DNA from: Candidatus Latescibacterota bacterium
GTDB taxonomy: Bacteria > Latescibacterota > UBA2968 > UBA8231
DNA length: 64,000 nt
Assembly: GCA_965217585.1 (NCBI GenBank)
Contig: OZ244561.1
Coordinates: 6,304,001-6,368,000 of the forward strand
Reading direction: 5' to 3'
Shown here piece by piece: positions 9,228 through 18,199 of the stretch; position 1 is the first letter of the stretch, and the number at the start of each line of letters is the position of its first letter. The translations under genes and the position numbers were made by a program. The notes below the pieces were generated by a model. It was not told the DNA's origin. It searched no databases and worked only from the letters and a program-made list of their open reading frames with translations.

Positions 9228-10214
9228 ATGGGGGTATGGGAGGCAGCGGGCCTGATGGCCCTATCCTTCGCGCTGTTGGCCAAATGTGCCGACTATCTAG
9301 TGGAGGGAGCCATTGATATTGCGCACTACCTCCGCGCTCCGCCGATCTTGATCGGCATCGTCATCGTCGGCATCGGCACCACCGCGCCTGAGCTGGCGGT
9401 CTCTGTGACCGCCGCCCTTGGGGACAAACCCGAAGTGGCGCTGGGCAATGCCGTGGGGTCAGTCATTTACGACGATGGCTTGGCCCTGCCCATGGCCGCG
9501 CTTTTTGCCACTGCGGCCATTGCCATCGACCGCGTCGTGCTGCGCTCGGCGGCGATTTTTCTTATCACCGTAGATCTGGTCGCTTGGTACATGGCCTCCG
9601 ACGGGACGCTGGCTCGGGTAGAAGGCGGCGCGTTGGTGGGTCTTTTTATCCTATACCTAATATATTCGTTCTGGGAGCAGAAGCGGCGGCCGCGTGCCGA
9701 GACCAGCGAGGATGAGGCCCCCCCCCGCAGCCTCTGGGTGGTAGCGTTGCTATTCGGCGGCGGCTTGGTCGGTGTGGTCGTCAGTAGCCACTTTATCGTC
9801 GAGGCGACCCCGGTGGTGGCGATGGCGTTGGGGCTGCCAGACGTGGTCATCGGCTTGGTAGTCGTGGCTTTGGGTACTTCGATACCCGAGATCGCCACCT
9901 GCATTGTCGCCGCCCGCAAGGGCCAAGGGGCTTTGGCGGTGGGCAACATCCTCGGGGCCGACATCCTCAATATCTGCTGGATCGCCGGTGCCTCGGCCTT
10001 GGCTAATCCGCTGGTGGTTCCGGCCGACGTGGTCAATTTCATGTTCCCGTGGATGCTGGTAATCGTGCTGGCGATGCTCGGGTTGATGCGCTTTGGTTAC
10101 GAGTTAAACCGCTGGAAGGGCTTGGTGTTGTTGGCGTTGTGCATTGCTTATTTGATCGCGCTTTTCGCGAATAACCCCGGTGCGCTGGCTCCGGGCATTG
10201 AGAAAGGAGTGTAG
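9228..10214 (+). CDS. Calcium/sodium antiporter (YrbG/CaCA family)
   Basis: Alpha repeats GTTAPELAVS...GNAVGS and GTSIPEIAT...GNILGA; about 10 hydrophobic segments. Confidence 0.9.
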   Translation: MGVWEAAGLMALSFALLAKCADYLVEGAIDIAHYLRAPPILIGIVIVGIGTTAPELAVSVTAALGDKPEVALGNAVGSVIYDDGLALPMAALFATAAIAIDRVVLRSAAIFLITVDLVAWYMASDGTLARVEGGALVGLFILYLIYSFWEQKRRPRAETSEDEAPPRSLWVVALLFGGGLVGVVVSSHFIVEATPVVAMALGLPDVVIGLVVVALGTSIPEIATCIVAARKGQGALAVGNILGADILNICWIAGASALANPLVVPADVVNFMFPWMLVIVLAMLGLMRFGYELNRWKGLVLLALCIAYLIALFANNPGALAPGIEKGV

Positions 10215-10215
10215 T

Positions 10216-10986
10216 TTGGATCTGGAACTCAAAGACAAAGTCGCCTTGGTTACTGGGGCTAGCCGCGGCATTGGCAAGCGCATTGCCTCGGCCTTGGCCA
10301 CCGAGGGTGCGCGGCTCTGTATCTGCGCCCGCGGTGCCGACGCGCTGGCGGAAGCGGCCGCCGAATTAACAAGTGGAGGTGCGCAGGTGGAGGCCACCGC
10401 GCAAGATGTGACGACGCCGGAGGGCGCGATCGCCGTGGTGGAGGCTGCGAAAAATCGCTTTGGTGGGCTCGACATTCTCGTAAACAATGTCGGCGGGGCG
10501 AAGTGGACCCCCTTTGTCGAAATCGACGATGCCGAGTGGAACGACAGCATCAACTTGAGCTTCCTCTCAGCCGTGCGGGTGAGCCGTGCGGCGATCCCCG
10601 TGATGGAAGCGCGTGGGGGTGGCAGCATCGTCCACATCTCTTCGATTTTTGGCCGCGAAACCGGCGGGCCTATCGCCTATAATGCCGCCAAAGCGGCGCT
10701 GATCAGCCTAGGGGCCAACTTGGCCATTGAGGCGGCCAAAAAGAACATCCGCGTCAATACTGTGGCCCCAGGCTCCATTCTCTTTCCCGGAGGAAGCTGG
10801 GAGCGGCGGATGAAGGAAAATCCAGCGCAAATCCAGGCCTTTATCGACGCCAATATACCCTTTGGCCGCTTTGGCACCCCGGAGGAGGTCGCCGATGTAG
10901 TGGCCTTCTTGGCGTCCGACCGGTCGCAATGGGTGACCGGTGCCTGTATCAATGTCGATGGGGGGCAATCCAAGTCCAATATATGA
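10216..10986 (+). CDS. SDR family oxidoreductase
   Basis: TGASRGIG, LVNNVG, YNAAK, VTGACINVDGG; TTG start after AAGGAG. Confidence 0.9.
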   Translation: MDLELKDKVALVTGASRGIGKRIASALATEGARLCICARGADALAEAAAELTSGGAQVEATAQDVTTPEGAIAVVEAAKNRFGGLDILVNNVGGAKWTPFVEIDDAEWNDSINLSFLSAVRVSRAAIPVMEARGGGSIVHISSIFGRETGGPIAYNAAKAALISLGANLAIEAAKKNIRVNTVAPGSILFPGGSWERRMKENPAQIQAFIDANIPFGRFGTPEEVADVVAFLASDRSQWVTGACINVDGGQSKSNI

Positions 10987-12197
10987 GCGGCTATGCGCGA
11001 TGGATGCGTTGGTTGGCTTGGGCGGCGTGCGGGGTCGGCTGGGCCGCGGCCGCTACGGCTGATGACGTGGTGGCACTCAGGCAACAGTACAACCAAGTAT
11101 CCGCCAGCATCGACACCTTGGTCCGCCTCTATGGGGGGGACAAGCTGCGCGAATTGGCAAAGCAAAAAGAAAACAACCGGCTATTGCCGGCCAATTCCAA
11201 ACTAGTGCTGATTTTTTGGGCCGACGACGAAGCCGAGCTGTACCTCAATGGGCACCGGATCGGGGAGACACGCTTGACCCCGACTCGAGTCGAAATTCCC
11301 GTCGTGTACCTGCGCAAGTCCAATGTTTTGCGCGCCCATTGCTGGGACACCGACCGGGTCGAGAGCGGCTTTATGGCCGGTTTGTACCTGCAAGACGGCC
11401 GTGGCCGCTTGCGCAAGGTGCTGGCTACCGGCGACGGTCGCTGGTGGGTGGCCGGCCAGCGGGCCGAGCCGCGTTTTTACAACCACAGCCTGCCCGACAT
11501 TCCCGGGGCCGAGGTCATCTGGGGGACGGCGCTTTTTGGCGAGGTCGAATTAGAGGCCCGCTTTGACGCCGCGCAATTGGCCCGAGCTGCGCGCCGCCGC
11601 CCGCTCTCCGGCGCGGCCGGTGCTACGCGACACCAGCCCCAGCCTATGGAGACGCATATGGTCGTCAGCCGTCTGGTGCATCTGCAAAAGCAACGCGATG
11701 AATTGGCGCAAAAACTTCAAGCTCGCCGCAGCGCGACACAGGACGTGCTTTATCAGGGGTTTGTCCGTGGGCGGCTGGCTTTTTCCCTCGGGAAAGCGAG
11801 TAGATTGGCCGAAGTCGAAAGCATAGACGCGGCGAAAAAACTGCTCGCTTGGACCGAGGAACTGCCCGCCGCGCAACGCGAGTTGGTTTTCCCGAAAAAA
11901 CAGGCCCTCAAAGGTGCGAGCCACGTCGTGCCGCAGCGCACCTTGACCGGCGCGGCGAGCGGGGAAGCAGACCGCCGCCGAGACTACGCACCCCCGGCCG
12001 CACGCGGCTCAGCCAAAGGCGAAGGTCGCTCTACTGGATCGGGGGGTACGGGTGTACAGGAATCGTCCGCTCGGGGTATCCGCGTCGGCCTCAGTGCGCC
12101 GTGGAAACTGTGGGGGATTGCGACCGGCCTGCTGTTCTATCTGGGGGTGGCAAGTCGGCAGTGGTGGAAGCTCTTCAGCGCGAAGGAATGGACGTAG
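10983..12197 (+). CDS. Hypothetical exported protein with putative jelly-roll domain and C-terminal membrane anchor
   Basis: Signal-like N-terminus; WADDEAELYLNG...NVLRAHCWD; Gly/Ser linker then hydrophobic helix and basic/Trp tail; overlaps the SDR stop. Confidence 0.7.
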   Translation: MSGYARWMRWLAWAACGVGWAAAATADDVVALRQQYNQVSASIDTLVRLYGGDKLRELAKQKENNRLLPANSKLVLIFWADDEAELYLNGHRIGETRLTPTRVEIPVVYLRKSNVLRAHCWDTDRVESGFMAGLYLQDGRGRLRKVLATGDGRWWVAGQRAEPRFYNHSLPDIPGAEVIWGTALFGEVELEARFDAAQLARAARRRPLSGAAGATRHQPQPMETHMVVSRLVHLQKQRDELAQKLQARRSATQDVLYQGFVRGRLAFSLGKASRLAEVESIDAAKKLLAWTEELPAAQRELVFPKKQALKGASHVVPQRTLTGAASGEADRRRDYAPPAARGSAKGEGRSTGSGGTGVQESSARGIRVGLSAPWKLWGIATGLLFYLGVASRQWWKLFSAKEWT

Positions 12198-12200
12198 GGA

Positions 12201-12986
12201 ATGGGCCTCTTGAACGACGAATTAGTATTAGTCAGCAGCATCCTGTTGGTACTGGCCGGTGGAGTCAGCGTTAGCTGTTTGCACTTGCGACGAGCCCGGC
12301 GCATGCGCCGGCACGACGCAGCGTACTCTCTGTACCTGCATCGCTTGCAGCTCATCGGCAGCGGCATGGGCGTGCTGACCGGGTTTACCGTCGGGGCGCT
12401 GGCTGCTTATTACCTATTTATCAACCCGCAGCCGGCCAGTGTCTTTGCGTGGATTGGCCGCTTCTCATACGTGCTGATCGCTTGGTCGGCTGGCGGCCAT
12501 CTGTTGAGCTTGGCACACATTAATTTGCATCTTCGTCGCGAGGAACGGGCTTGGCAGCGGGGAGGAGGTCCCGGCCCTAATACCTTAGGCCGCAGGAGAA
12601 TGGAGAAGCTAGCAGAGTTGCAGCGCCAACCCGGCAACTACAGCGACCGCAAGGACAGGGACGAGGAACTGGTGGACGAGCTTGTGGGTATTATCGGCGA
12701 CCCTTTGACGCACGTGCGCCGCGATCTGGCGAGGATACCCCTGTACGGCTATTTGGGCACGGTCTGCGGCATCCTGCTGACCGCGCAGGAATTGAGTCAG
12801 ATCGACGAAGCGACCCAGACCTTTAAGGCACTCAGCGCCATGGCCGAAGGCTTGGTTTTGGCCTTTAAGACCACGCTCGTCGGCCTCTTGGCCTACTTGC
12901 CGCTGCGCAAGATAGCCGACTACTTGGTCCAGCGGCTCGCCCGGCAGGAGGACGCTTGGGTCCGAGAGAGGAATAGAAGATTGTGA
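12201..12986 (+). CDS. MotA/TolQ/ExbB proton-channel family protein (divergent)
   Basis: IPLYGYLGTVCGI and MAEGLVLAFKTTLVGL match the ExbB/TolQ TM hairpin signatures; three N-terminal hydrophobic segments. Confidence 0.75.
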   Translation: MGLLNDELVLVSSILLVLAGGVSVSCLHLRRARRMRRHDAAYSLYLHRLQLIGSGMGVLTGFTVGALAAYYLFINPQPASVFAWIGRFSYVLIAWSAGGHLLSLAHINLHLRREERAWQRGGGPGPNTLGRRRMEKLAELQRQPGNYSDRKDRDEELVDELVGIIGDPLTHVRRDLARIPLYGYLGTVCGILLTAQELSQIDEATQTFKALSAMAEGLVLAFKTTLVGLLAYLPLRKIADYLVQRLARQEDAWVRERNRRL

Positions 12987-13402
12987 GCCGCTATCTCAAG
13001 CGCCAAGCCGCCGAGTTCGAAGAACACGATATTAGCAAGGAACTCTTCTTGGGGATTATGATGCTGATGCTGTGCTTGGGTATTATGATTCTCAACGCGA
13101 CGCAACCGGTCTGGCGGGTACATCGCCACGACCCACAGCATGGGGATCGGGTCGTGCTATACACGAGCGCGGGCATGGGGCTGTCGCGCGATGGCTACAC
13201 TATCGACAGCCCCTTGAGCGAGTGGGAGTTCCGCCGGATGGTGCGCCGCCTCGCGGCCGAACCCGAAGCCAACTTGCACTTATTTCTCAAAGGAGGCAGC
13301 CGCGAGCGGCTGGCCAAACACGCGTCGTTTGCCGACTCGCTGCTTTCGACCGACCAAGCCGGAGAAAAGGTGCGCTCGGCGGTCTATGTCCATACTTGGT
13401 GA
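12983..13402 (+). CDS. Single-TM partner protein (ExbD/TolR/MotB-like topology)
   Basis: GTGA overlap with upstream gene; short N-terminus, one TM (ELFLGIMMLMLCLGIMIL), about 100 aa soluble domain. Confidence 0.6.
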   Translation: MSRYLKRQAAEFEEHDISKELFLGIMMLMLCLGIMILNATQPVWRVHRHDPQHGDRVVLYTSAGMGLSRDGYTIDSPLSEWEFRRMVRRLAAEPEANLHLFLKGGSRERLAKHASFADSLLSTDQAGEKVRSAVYVHTW

Positions 13403-13410
13403 ATGCCGAG

Positions 13411-14229
13411 CTATTCCTTGAGTATCGCCAAGACGCCCGTGCCACCGGCCAACTCGTTGAGGAACGTGACCTGCACTCCAGCTTCGCCGCGCTTAATTTC
13501 GTAGTCATCTCCCTTCCTAAGCTTGCCGTAGTGATCAACGAGGGCCTTGACCTCGCCTGCTAGCGCGATGGTTTGGCCGATGGGCGCGACTTGGGTGCCT
13601 GGGCTGTCGCGGCGGATCTGTTTAGCCAACTCGTATTGCTTGCGGAACCCGCTGCCAAAGGGCCGGTGGGTTTTGAGATAGCCCAGCTCTATGAGCTGTG
13701 TCTCGTTGGCAGCGTAGAGGTACACTGCGTTTTGCGCTGCGGCTTGGGCCTCGTCCAGTTCGGCCTTGGTCTGGGCCAACTCTTGCTCTAGGCGACGGAT
13801 GTGATCGCTCTGGCGGCGGATGCTACTATGGGTTTCCAGCAGTTCGCCATTGAGGCGGTCGGTCTCGGCACGCAACTGGGAAATGGTGTAGCGGTCCGCT
13901 TGCTTTTCCCTTCTTAGCTGCTCGATTTCGAGCTTTAACCGCGCATTGCTCTGCTTGTATTCGGTGGCCAGTTTACTCCAGTGCCGTAGCTCCTTGTTGA
14001 GCTTTTGCACGTTTTTGAGGAGCTTGTCGTTGACTTGTTGGGTGCTGTCAACCTGCGCCCGCATGTTGTCGAGCAAGCGGTTGGAGTCGTCGAGCGAGTA
14101 GGTAAGCGAGTCAATGGCGGCGTTGGCCCGGCCTATGTCGCTTTGTAATTGGAGGAGGAGCATCTCCTGCTCCTTATCGGTGCAGGCGGCGAGAAACAGG
14201 GCGATGAAAGGGATGAGGGTGCGTTTCAT
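13411..14229 (-). CDS. Coiled-coil lipoprotein
   Basis: MKRTLIPFIALFLAAC lipobox; long Q/E/K/L-rich heptad region; AAGGAG RBS. Confidence 0.8.
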   Translation of the reverse strand: MKRTLIPFIALFLAACTDKEQEMLLLQLQSDIGRANAAIDSLTYSLDDSNRLLDNMRAQVDSTQQVNDKLLKNVQKLNKELRHWSKLATEYKQSNARLKLEIEQLRREKQADRYTISQLRAETDRLNGELLETHSSIRRQSDHIRRLEQELAQTKAELDEAQAAAQNAVYLYAANETQLIELGYLKTHRPFGSGFRKQYELAKQIRRDSPGTQVAPIGQTIALAGEVKALVDHYGKLRKGDDYEIKRGEAGVQVTFLNELAGGTGVLAILKE

Positions 14230-14239
14230 TGTCGGCTCC

Positions 14240-15007
14240 TTAAGGCGTTAGGGATGTTCCACTATATAGGCTATCAACTTGGGCCATGGTTTGGTTGAAG
14301 TCGTTGTGCAGGGCGCTCAGGCTGCGGGCGAGTGCGTCGAGTTTTTGGACCGAGAACTTTTGGGTCTCGCGGGCGGCGGCGATTTTGTCTATGATCGCCT
14401 GCTGATTGCGCTGAAAAGTCGCGGTTTGCTCTTGCAGGCGGGCCAACTTGCTGTTGAGGGGGCCGAGCTGCGCCTGCACGCTCGCCAAGGAGAGCTTGTG
14501 GGTATCGGCGAGGTTTTGGTAGCGCAGGTCTTCCTCTTGGAAGCGTTCTTCGAGCTTGCGGTCGGTATCGGATTGATAGCGCAGCCGCTCCTTGCGCTCG
14601 GCGTCCGTTTTGTTTTGCAGCGCGTTGTTGTGATCGATTTGGTTCGCTAGTTGGTTGCGGGTGCGCTTGTGGTGATCCTTTTCGTTTTGCAGGAGGGAGC
14701 GGATCTCGAATTCAGAGGCGGTCAGATTGGCTTTTTCCTCTAGCTGGCCAATGAGCCGAGTGCTCAGCTCGGAGAGGCGAGTGGAGAAGTTCTCCATTTG
14801 CGTGTCTAGCTGATGGCGGTGCTCCTTTTGCCGCTCGTGATTGATAAAGAGCACCAAGCCCATGACACAGCCGACGACGACAGTGGTGTACACGGCGAGG
14901 ATCAGCACGTGTTTGCGCTCGAAGGGATCCGCGATTCGGAGCAGGCCCAAAAACCCGCCCCAAACCAAGAGGACGCCTCCTAAAATTGCCGCGATGATAA
15001 CGTTCAC
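14240..15007 (-). CDS. Hypothetical membrane protein, two TM helices plus long coiled coil
   Basis: GTG start after GAGG; two N-terminal hydrophobic helices then about 190 aa of helical Q/E/K/R-rich sequence. Confidence 0.75.
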   Translation of the reverse strand: MNVIIAAILGGVLLVWGGFLGLLRIADPFERKHVLILAVYTTVVVGCVMGLVLFINHERQKEHRHQLDTQMENFSTRLSELSTRLIGQLEEKANLTASEFEIRSLLQNEKDHHKRTRNQLANQIDHNNALQNKTDAERKERLRYQSDTDRKLEERFQEEDLRYQNLADTHKLSLASVQAQLGPLNSKLARLQEQTATFQRNQQAIIDKIAAARETQKFSVQKLDALARSLSALHNDFNQTMAQVDSLYSGTSLTP

Positions 15008-15111
15008 GAGGCCTCGAATGGCGCGATAAAGAAAAAAAGAATAACTAAATATAAGTATATAAGTAATACAGCAGCCCATGGAGGCGCAACCATCACGAGA
15101 AGGAGGTGCTT

Positions 15112-16161
15112 ATGCAGCGGAAAGTTGCCGCTATTGACGGCCGCGGTCAGGGGGTATGCCTAGAGGAAGCCATGCCCGCACTCGGCCCCGGCGAGGTAAA
15201 AGTGCGGGTGGAGGCTTCGTTGATCAGCCCGGGGACCGAGTTGGGGAGGGTTGGGGCGATGCGGGAAACCCCCCAACCCCACAGGCCACCGCGTCCCTTT
15301 GGCTACACCAACGCCGGCGTCGTCGAAGAGGTCGGGGCCGAGGTAGAGCAATTCGAGGTGGGGCAGGGCGTGGCCTGCATGGGGGGTGGGTATGCCCTGC
15401 ACGCCGATTGGGCCTGTGTGCCGCAGAACTTGTGCGCGGCCATACCCGAGGGCGTTGGCTTTGCCGAGGCCGCGTCTGTGCATCTGGCGGCGACCGGATT
15501 ACACGCAGTGCGCCGCATAGCTCCTTTGTACGGGGAAAATGGGGTCGTCGTTGGGTTGGGTTTGGTCGGCCAGTTCGCTGCCCAATTCGCCCAGTTAAGC
15601 GGCTGCCACGTCTCGGGGGTCGATCGCTTTGCGCGCCGTCGAGACATTGCCCGGCAGGTAGGCATCGAGTGCGTCGTCGATCCGACCGTGCAAGACGTGA
15701 TCGAGCAGGCCGGGAAATTCACCCGAGGGTATGGCATGGATTTCGGCGTCATTGCCTTTGGCGGCGAGGCTAGCGATGCCTTTGCCACCATCTATCAGAG
15801 CCTAAAGCAAGCGCCAGATACGCATCGCATGGGGCGCATTGTCCTCGTGGGAGGAGCACAGGTAACGCATGGCTTTGGATCCGCGCTGGGCAACGTAGAT
15901 GTGCGGAGTGCGGCACGCACCGGTCCCGGCTATCACGACCCAGCGTACGAGCGCGGCCAAGCGTATCCCGAGGTCTTCGTCGAGTGGCCGACGCAGCGCA
16001 ACCTAGCCGAGTGCCTGCGCGCCATGGCCGCTGGGAAGCTGCGCGTCCAACCGCTCTATACCCACGAGTTTGCCCTTGAAGAAATCGCCGCGGCCGTAGA
16101 TGTACTCGTCGAGTCGCCGGCCGAGGCGCTGGGGGTCGTGCTCAAACCGGCTCGCCGGTGA
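15112..16161 (+). CDS. Zinc-binding alcohol dehydrogenase (MDR) family protein
   Basis: SLISPGTE, FGYTNAGVV, GLGLVGQ; AGGAGG RBS. Confidence 0.87.
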   Translation: MQRKVAAIDGRGQGVCLEEAMPALGPGEVKVRVEASLISPGTELGRVGAMRETPQPHRPPRPFGYTNAGVVEEVGAEVEQFEVGQGVACMGGGYALHADWACVPQNLCAAIPEGVGFAEAASVHLAATGLHAVRRIAPLYGENGVVVGLGLVGQFAAQFAQLSGCHVSGVDRFARRRDIARQVGIECVVDPTVQDVIEQAGKFTRGYGMDFGVIAFGGEASDAFATIYQSLKQAPDTHRMGRIVLVGGAQVTHGFGSALGNVDVRSAARTGPGYHDPAYERGQAYPEVFVEWPTQRNLAECLRAMAAGKLRVQPLYTHEFALEEIAAAVDVLVESPAEALGVVLKPARR

Positions 16162-16885
16162 CGAGGTTGCGCTTGCCCTCTGGATAGAAGGTCACCGGCG
16201 GCAGGTCGATCTCCTCGCCGGCGATCATTTGCTCCAGCAGAGCGGCGACCCCGTCCACGGCTGGCCCCACTAGGGCTTCGCCCTTGGCGCGCGTGCCCAA
16301 GGCGGCGGCCGGGTTGTCGATGGCTCCGGTCTGCACGCGCTCCGGCGCTAAATAGAGCATGGTCGATGTCTCGAATTCGTCGGCGTGCCCAGGCAGGCGT
16401 CCCCGCTCCATGTGTTGCTGCACGTGGTCGGGGTCATATACGTCCCAATAGGACTGGAAGCGGAGATTGACGCCGAGTTTGTCCTGGTATTCGTCGATAC
16501 GACGCATCATGGGTTTGACATTGCCGCCGTGGCCGTTGAGCACCAAGATGTTCTCAACGCCAGCCCGCGCGAGTGAATGGCAGACGTCGAAGACGTATTC
16601 GCAGAAAATTTCCGGCCGCACGGTCAGGGTGCCGATGTGCGCCATCCAGTGCTCGGAAACGCCGATACCCACTGGTGTGGCCACCACCACTTGGGGCAGG
16701 AGCTTTTTGGCCGCGTGCTCAGCCATATAGCTGGCGTGGAAGGTGTCGTGGATCATGTGCAGGTGTTCGTTGTGCTGTTCGGTGGCGGCCGTGGGCACGA
16801 TGGCGGCCTTGATCGTACCCGCTTGGATGCGCTCGCGGAATTCCTTGCGGGTCAGGTCGCCAATAAAGACGCGTTCGTCGGCCAT
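16142..16885 (-). CDS. Creatininase family protein
   Basis: TEQHNEHL, GVSEHW, LNGHGGN, HADEFETS. Confidence 0.9.
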   Translation of the reverse strand: MADERVFIGDLTRKEFRERIQAGTIKAAIVPTAATEQHNEHLHMIHDTFHASYMAEHAAKKLLPQVVVATPVGIGVSEHWMAHIGTLTVRPEIFCEYVFDVCHSLARAGVENILVLNGHGGNVKPMMRRIDEYQDKLGVNLRFQSYWDVYDPDHVQQHMERGRLPGHADEFETSTMLYLAPERVQTGAIDNPAAALGTRAKGEALVGPAVDGVAALLEQMIAGEEIDLPPVTFYPEGKRNLVTGEPV

Positions 16886-17023
16886 GATTGTGCTCCTTGT
16901 CAATGGGGAAGGGTAGGGGCCGGTAGCTTAACGGCTGTCCATCCGTGCGTCAAGTGGCTGGACGCTCGGTTGACCGGGAGGGAAAAGCACACTTGAATTC
17001 ACTGCATCAACAAGGGGGCCGTC

Positions 17024-18178
17024 ATCGCCAATCCTTTCGCAGAGTGGAATAAAAACTTCGCGCTCTTGGCCGTGGCCGTGGCCGGGACGGGGGTGTTCTT
17101 CGGGGTGCAGTTGACCCTGTTCAACAACTTCATCGTCGAGCGGCTGGGCATTGAGCCACACGAATTGGGCTACGTCGAGGCCCTGCGCGAAGTCCCCGGT
17201 TTTCTCAACGCGTTCTTTCTGGCCCTGATCGTCCGCTGCGCCCCGCCGAAAGTCGCCGCCGTTGCGCTGGTGGTGATGGGCATTGGGCTTGCCGCGTACT
17301 CGGAGGTATCCTCGGTCTTCATGTTGGCCTCGTTCTCACTGGTGTGGAGCTTGGGCTTTCACTGCTGGCTCCCGCTAGAGCAGAGCATGGGCTTGGTCTA
17401 TAGCCCAACCGCGGACAAGGGTCGCTGGTTGGGGCAATTGCGCAGCATTAGTAGCTTGGCTTGGCTGGTGGCGATTGGCGTGTGCATGGTGGGGTTGGAT
17501 TTTTTGCGCTACGAGGGGGTCTTTGTCTTGGCTGGGGTGTGTACGGCCGCGGGTGGCTTGGCCCTGTTTTGGGTCGATAACAAGGACGCGCCCGCAGGTG
17601 AGAAGCGCTTGGTGCTCAAGCGGCGCTATCTGCTCTTCTACGCCCTGAATTTCCTCCAAGGCCTGCGCAAGCAGATGTTTATAACCTTCGCCATTTTCGC
17701 CCTGGTGAAAGTACACGAGATGCCGGTGGAGACGACCATGGTCTTAGTGATGATCAACCAAATGCTCATCTCCTTGACGGCTTCGTGGATGGGCCGTTTG
17801 GTCGATCGCTTTGGCGAGCGGTGGATGCTCACTCTAAGTTATAGCGTGTTGACCTTCGTCTTTTTGGGCTACGCGATCGTGGAGCACCGGCCGAGTCTAT
17901 ACGCGCTTTATTGCCTCGACAACCTCATTTTCTTCGGCGGGATCGCGCTGACGACCTACGCGCACAAGATTGCCCCCCCAGACGAACTCAAACCCACCCT
18001 CTCGATGGGGGTGACCATGAACCACGTGGCATCCGTGGCCGCGCCTCTAGTTGGCGGATACGCCTGGCTCTTTTTTGGCTACGAGGTCATTTTTATTAGC
18101 GGCGCGCTCTTGGCCTTTGTCTCGCTGATAGTAACCCAGTGGCTCGATCCAGCAAAGCAGAGCCTCATACCTATTTAA
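17024..18178 (+). CDS. MFS transporter (start uncertain: ATC 17024 or TTG 17066)
   Basis: About 12 hydrophobic segments; GRLVDRFGER motif A. Confidence 0.85.
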   Translation: MANPFAEWNKNFALLAVAVAGTGVFFGVQLTLFNNFIVERLGIEPHELGYVEALREVPGFLNAFFLALIVRCAPPKVAAVALVVMGIGLAAYSEVSSVFMLASFSLVWSLGFHCWLPLEQSMGLVYSPTADKGRWLGQLRSISSLAWLVAIGVCMVGLDFLRYEGVFVLAGVCTAAGGLALFWVDNKDAPAGEKRLVLKRRYLLFYALNFLQGLRKQMFITFAIFALVKVHEMPVETTMVLVMINQMLISLTASWMGRLVDRFGERWMLTLSYSVLTFVFLGYAIVEHRPSLYALYCLDNLIFFGGIALTTYAHKIAPPDELKPTLSMGVTMNHVASVAAPLVGGYAWLFFGYEVIFISGALLAFVSLIVTQWLDPAKQSLIPI

Positions 18179-18199
18179 TCCAACCCAATAGAAGGGAAC

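Noticed and set aside
12201-13402. Zorya ZorAB or flagellar MotAB
   Set aside because: No long ZorA tail, no OmpA-like peptidoglycan-binding domain in the partner, and no zorCDE or flagellar genes nearby.
15030-15070. AT-rich patch with TATAAGTA repeated twice
   Set aside because: Consistent with an ordinary divergent promoter region and too short to support a specific operator call.
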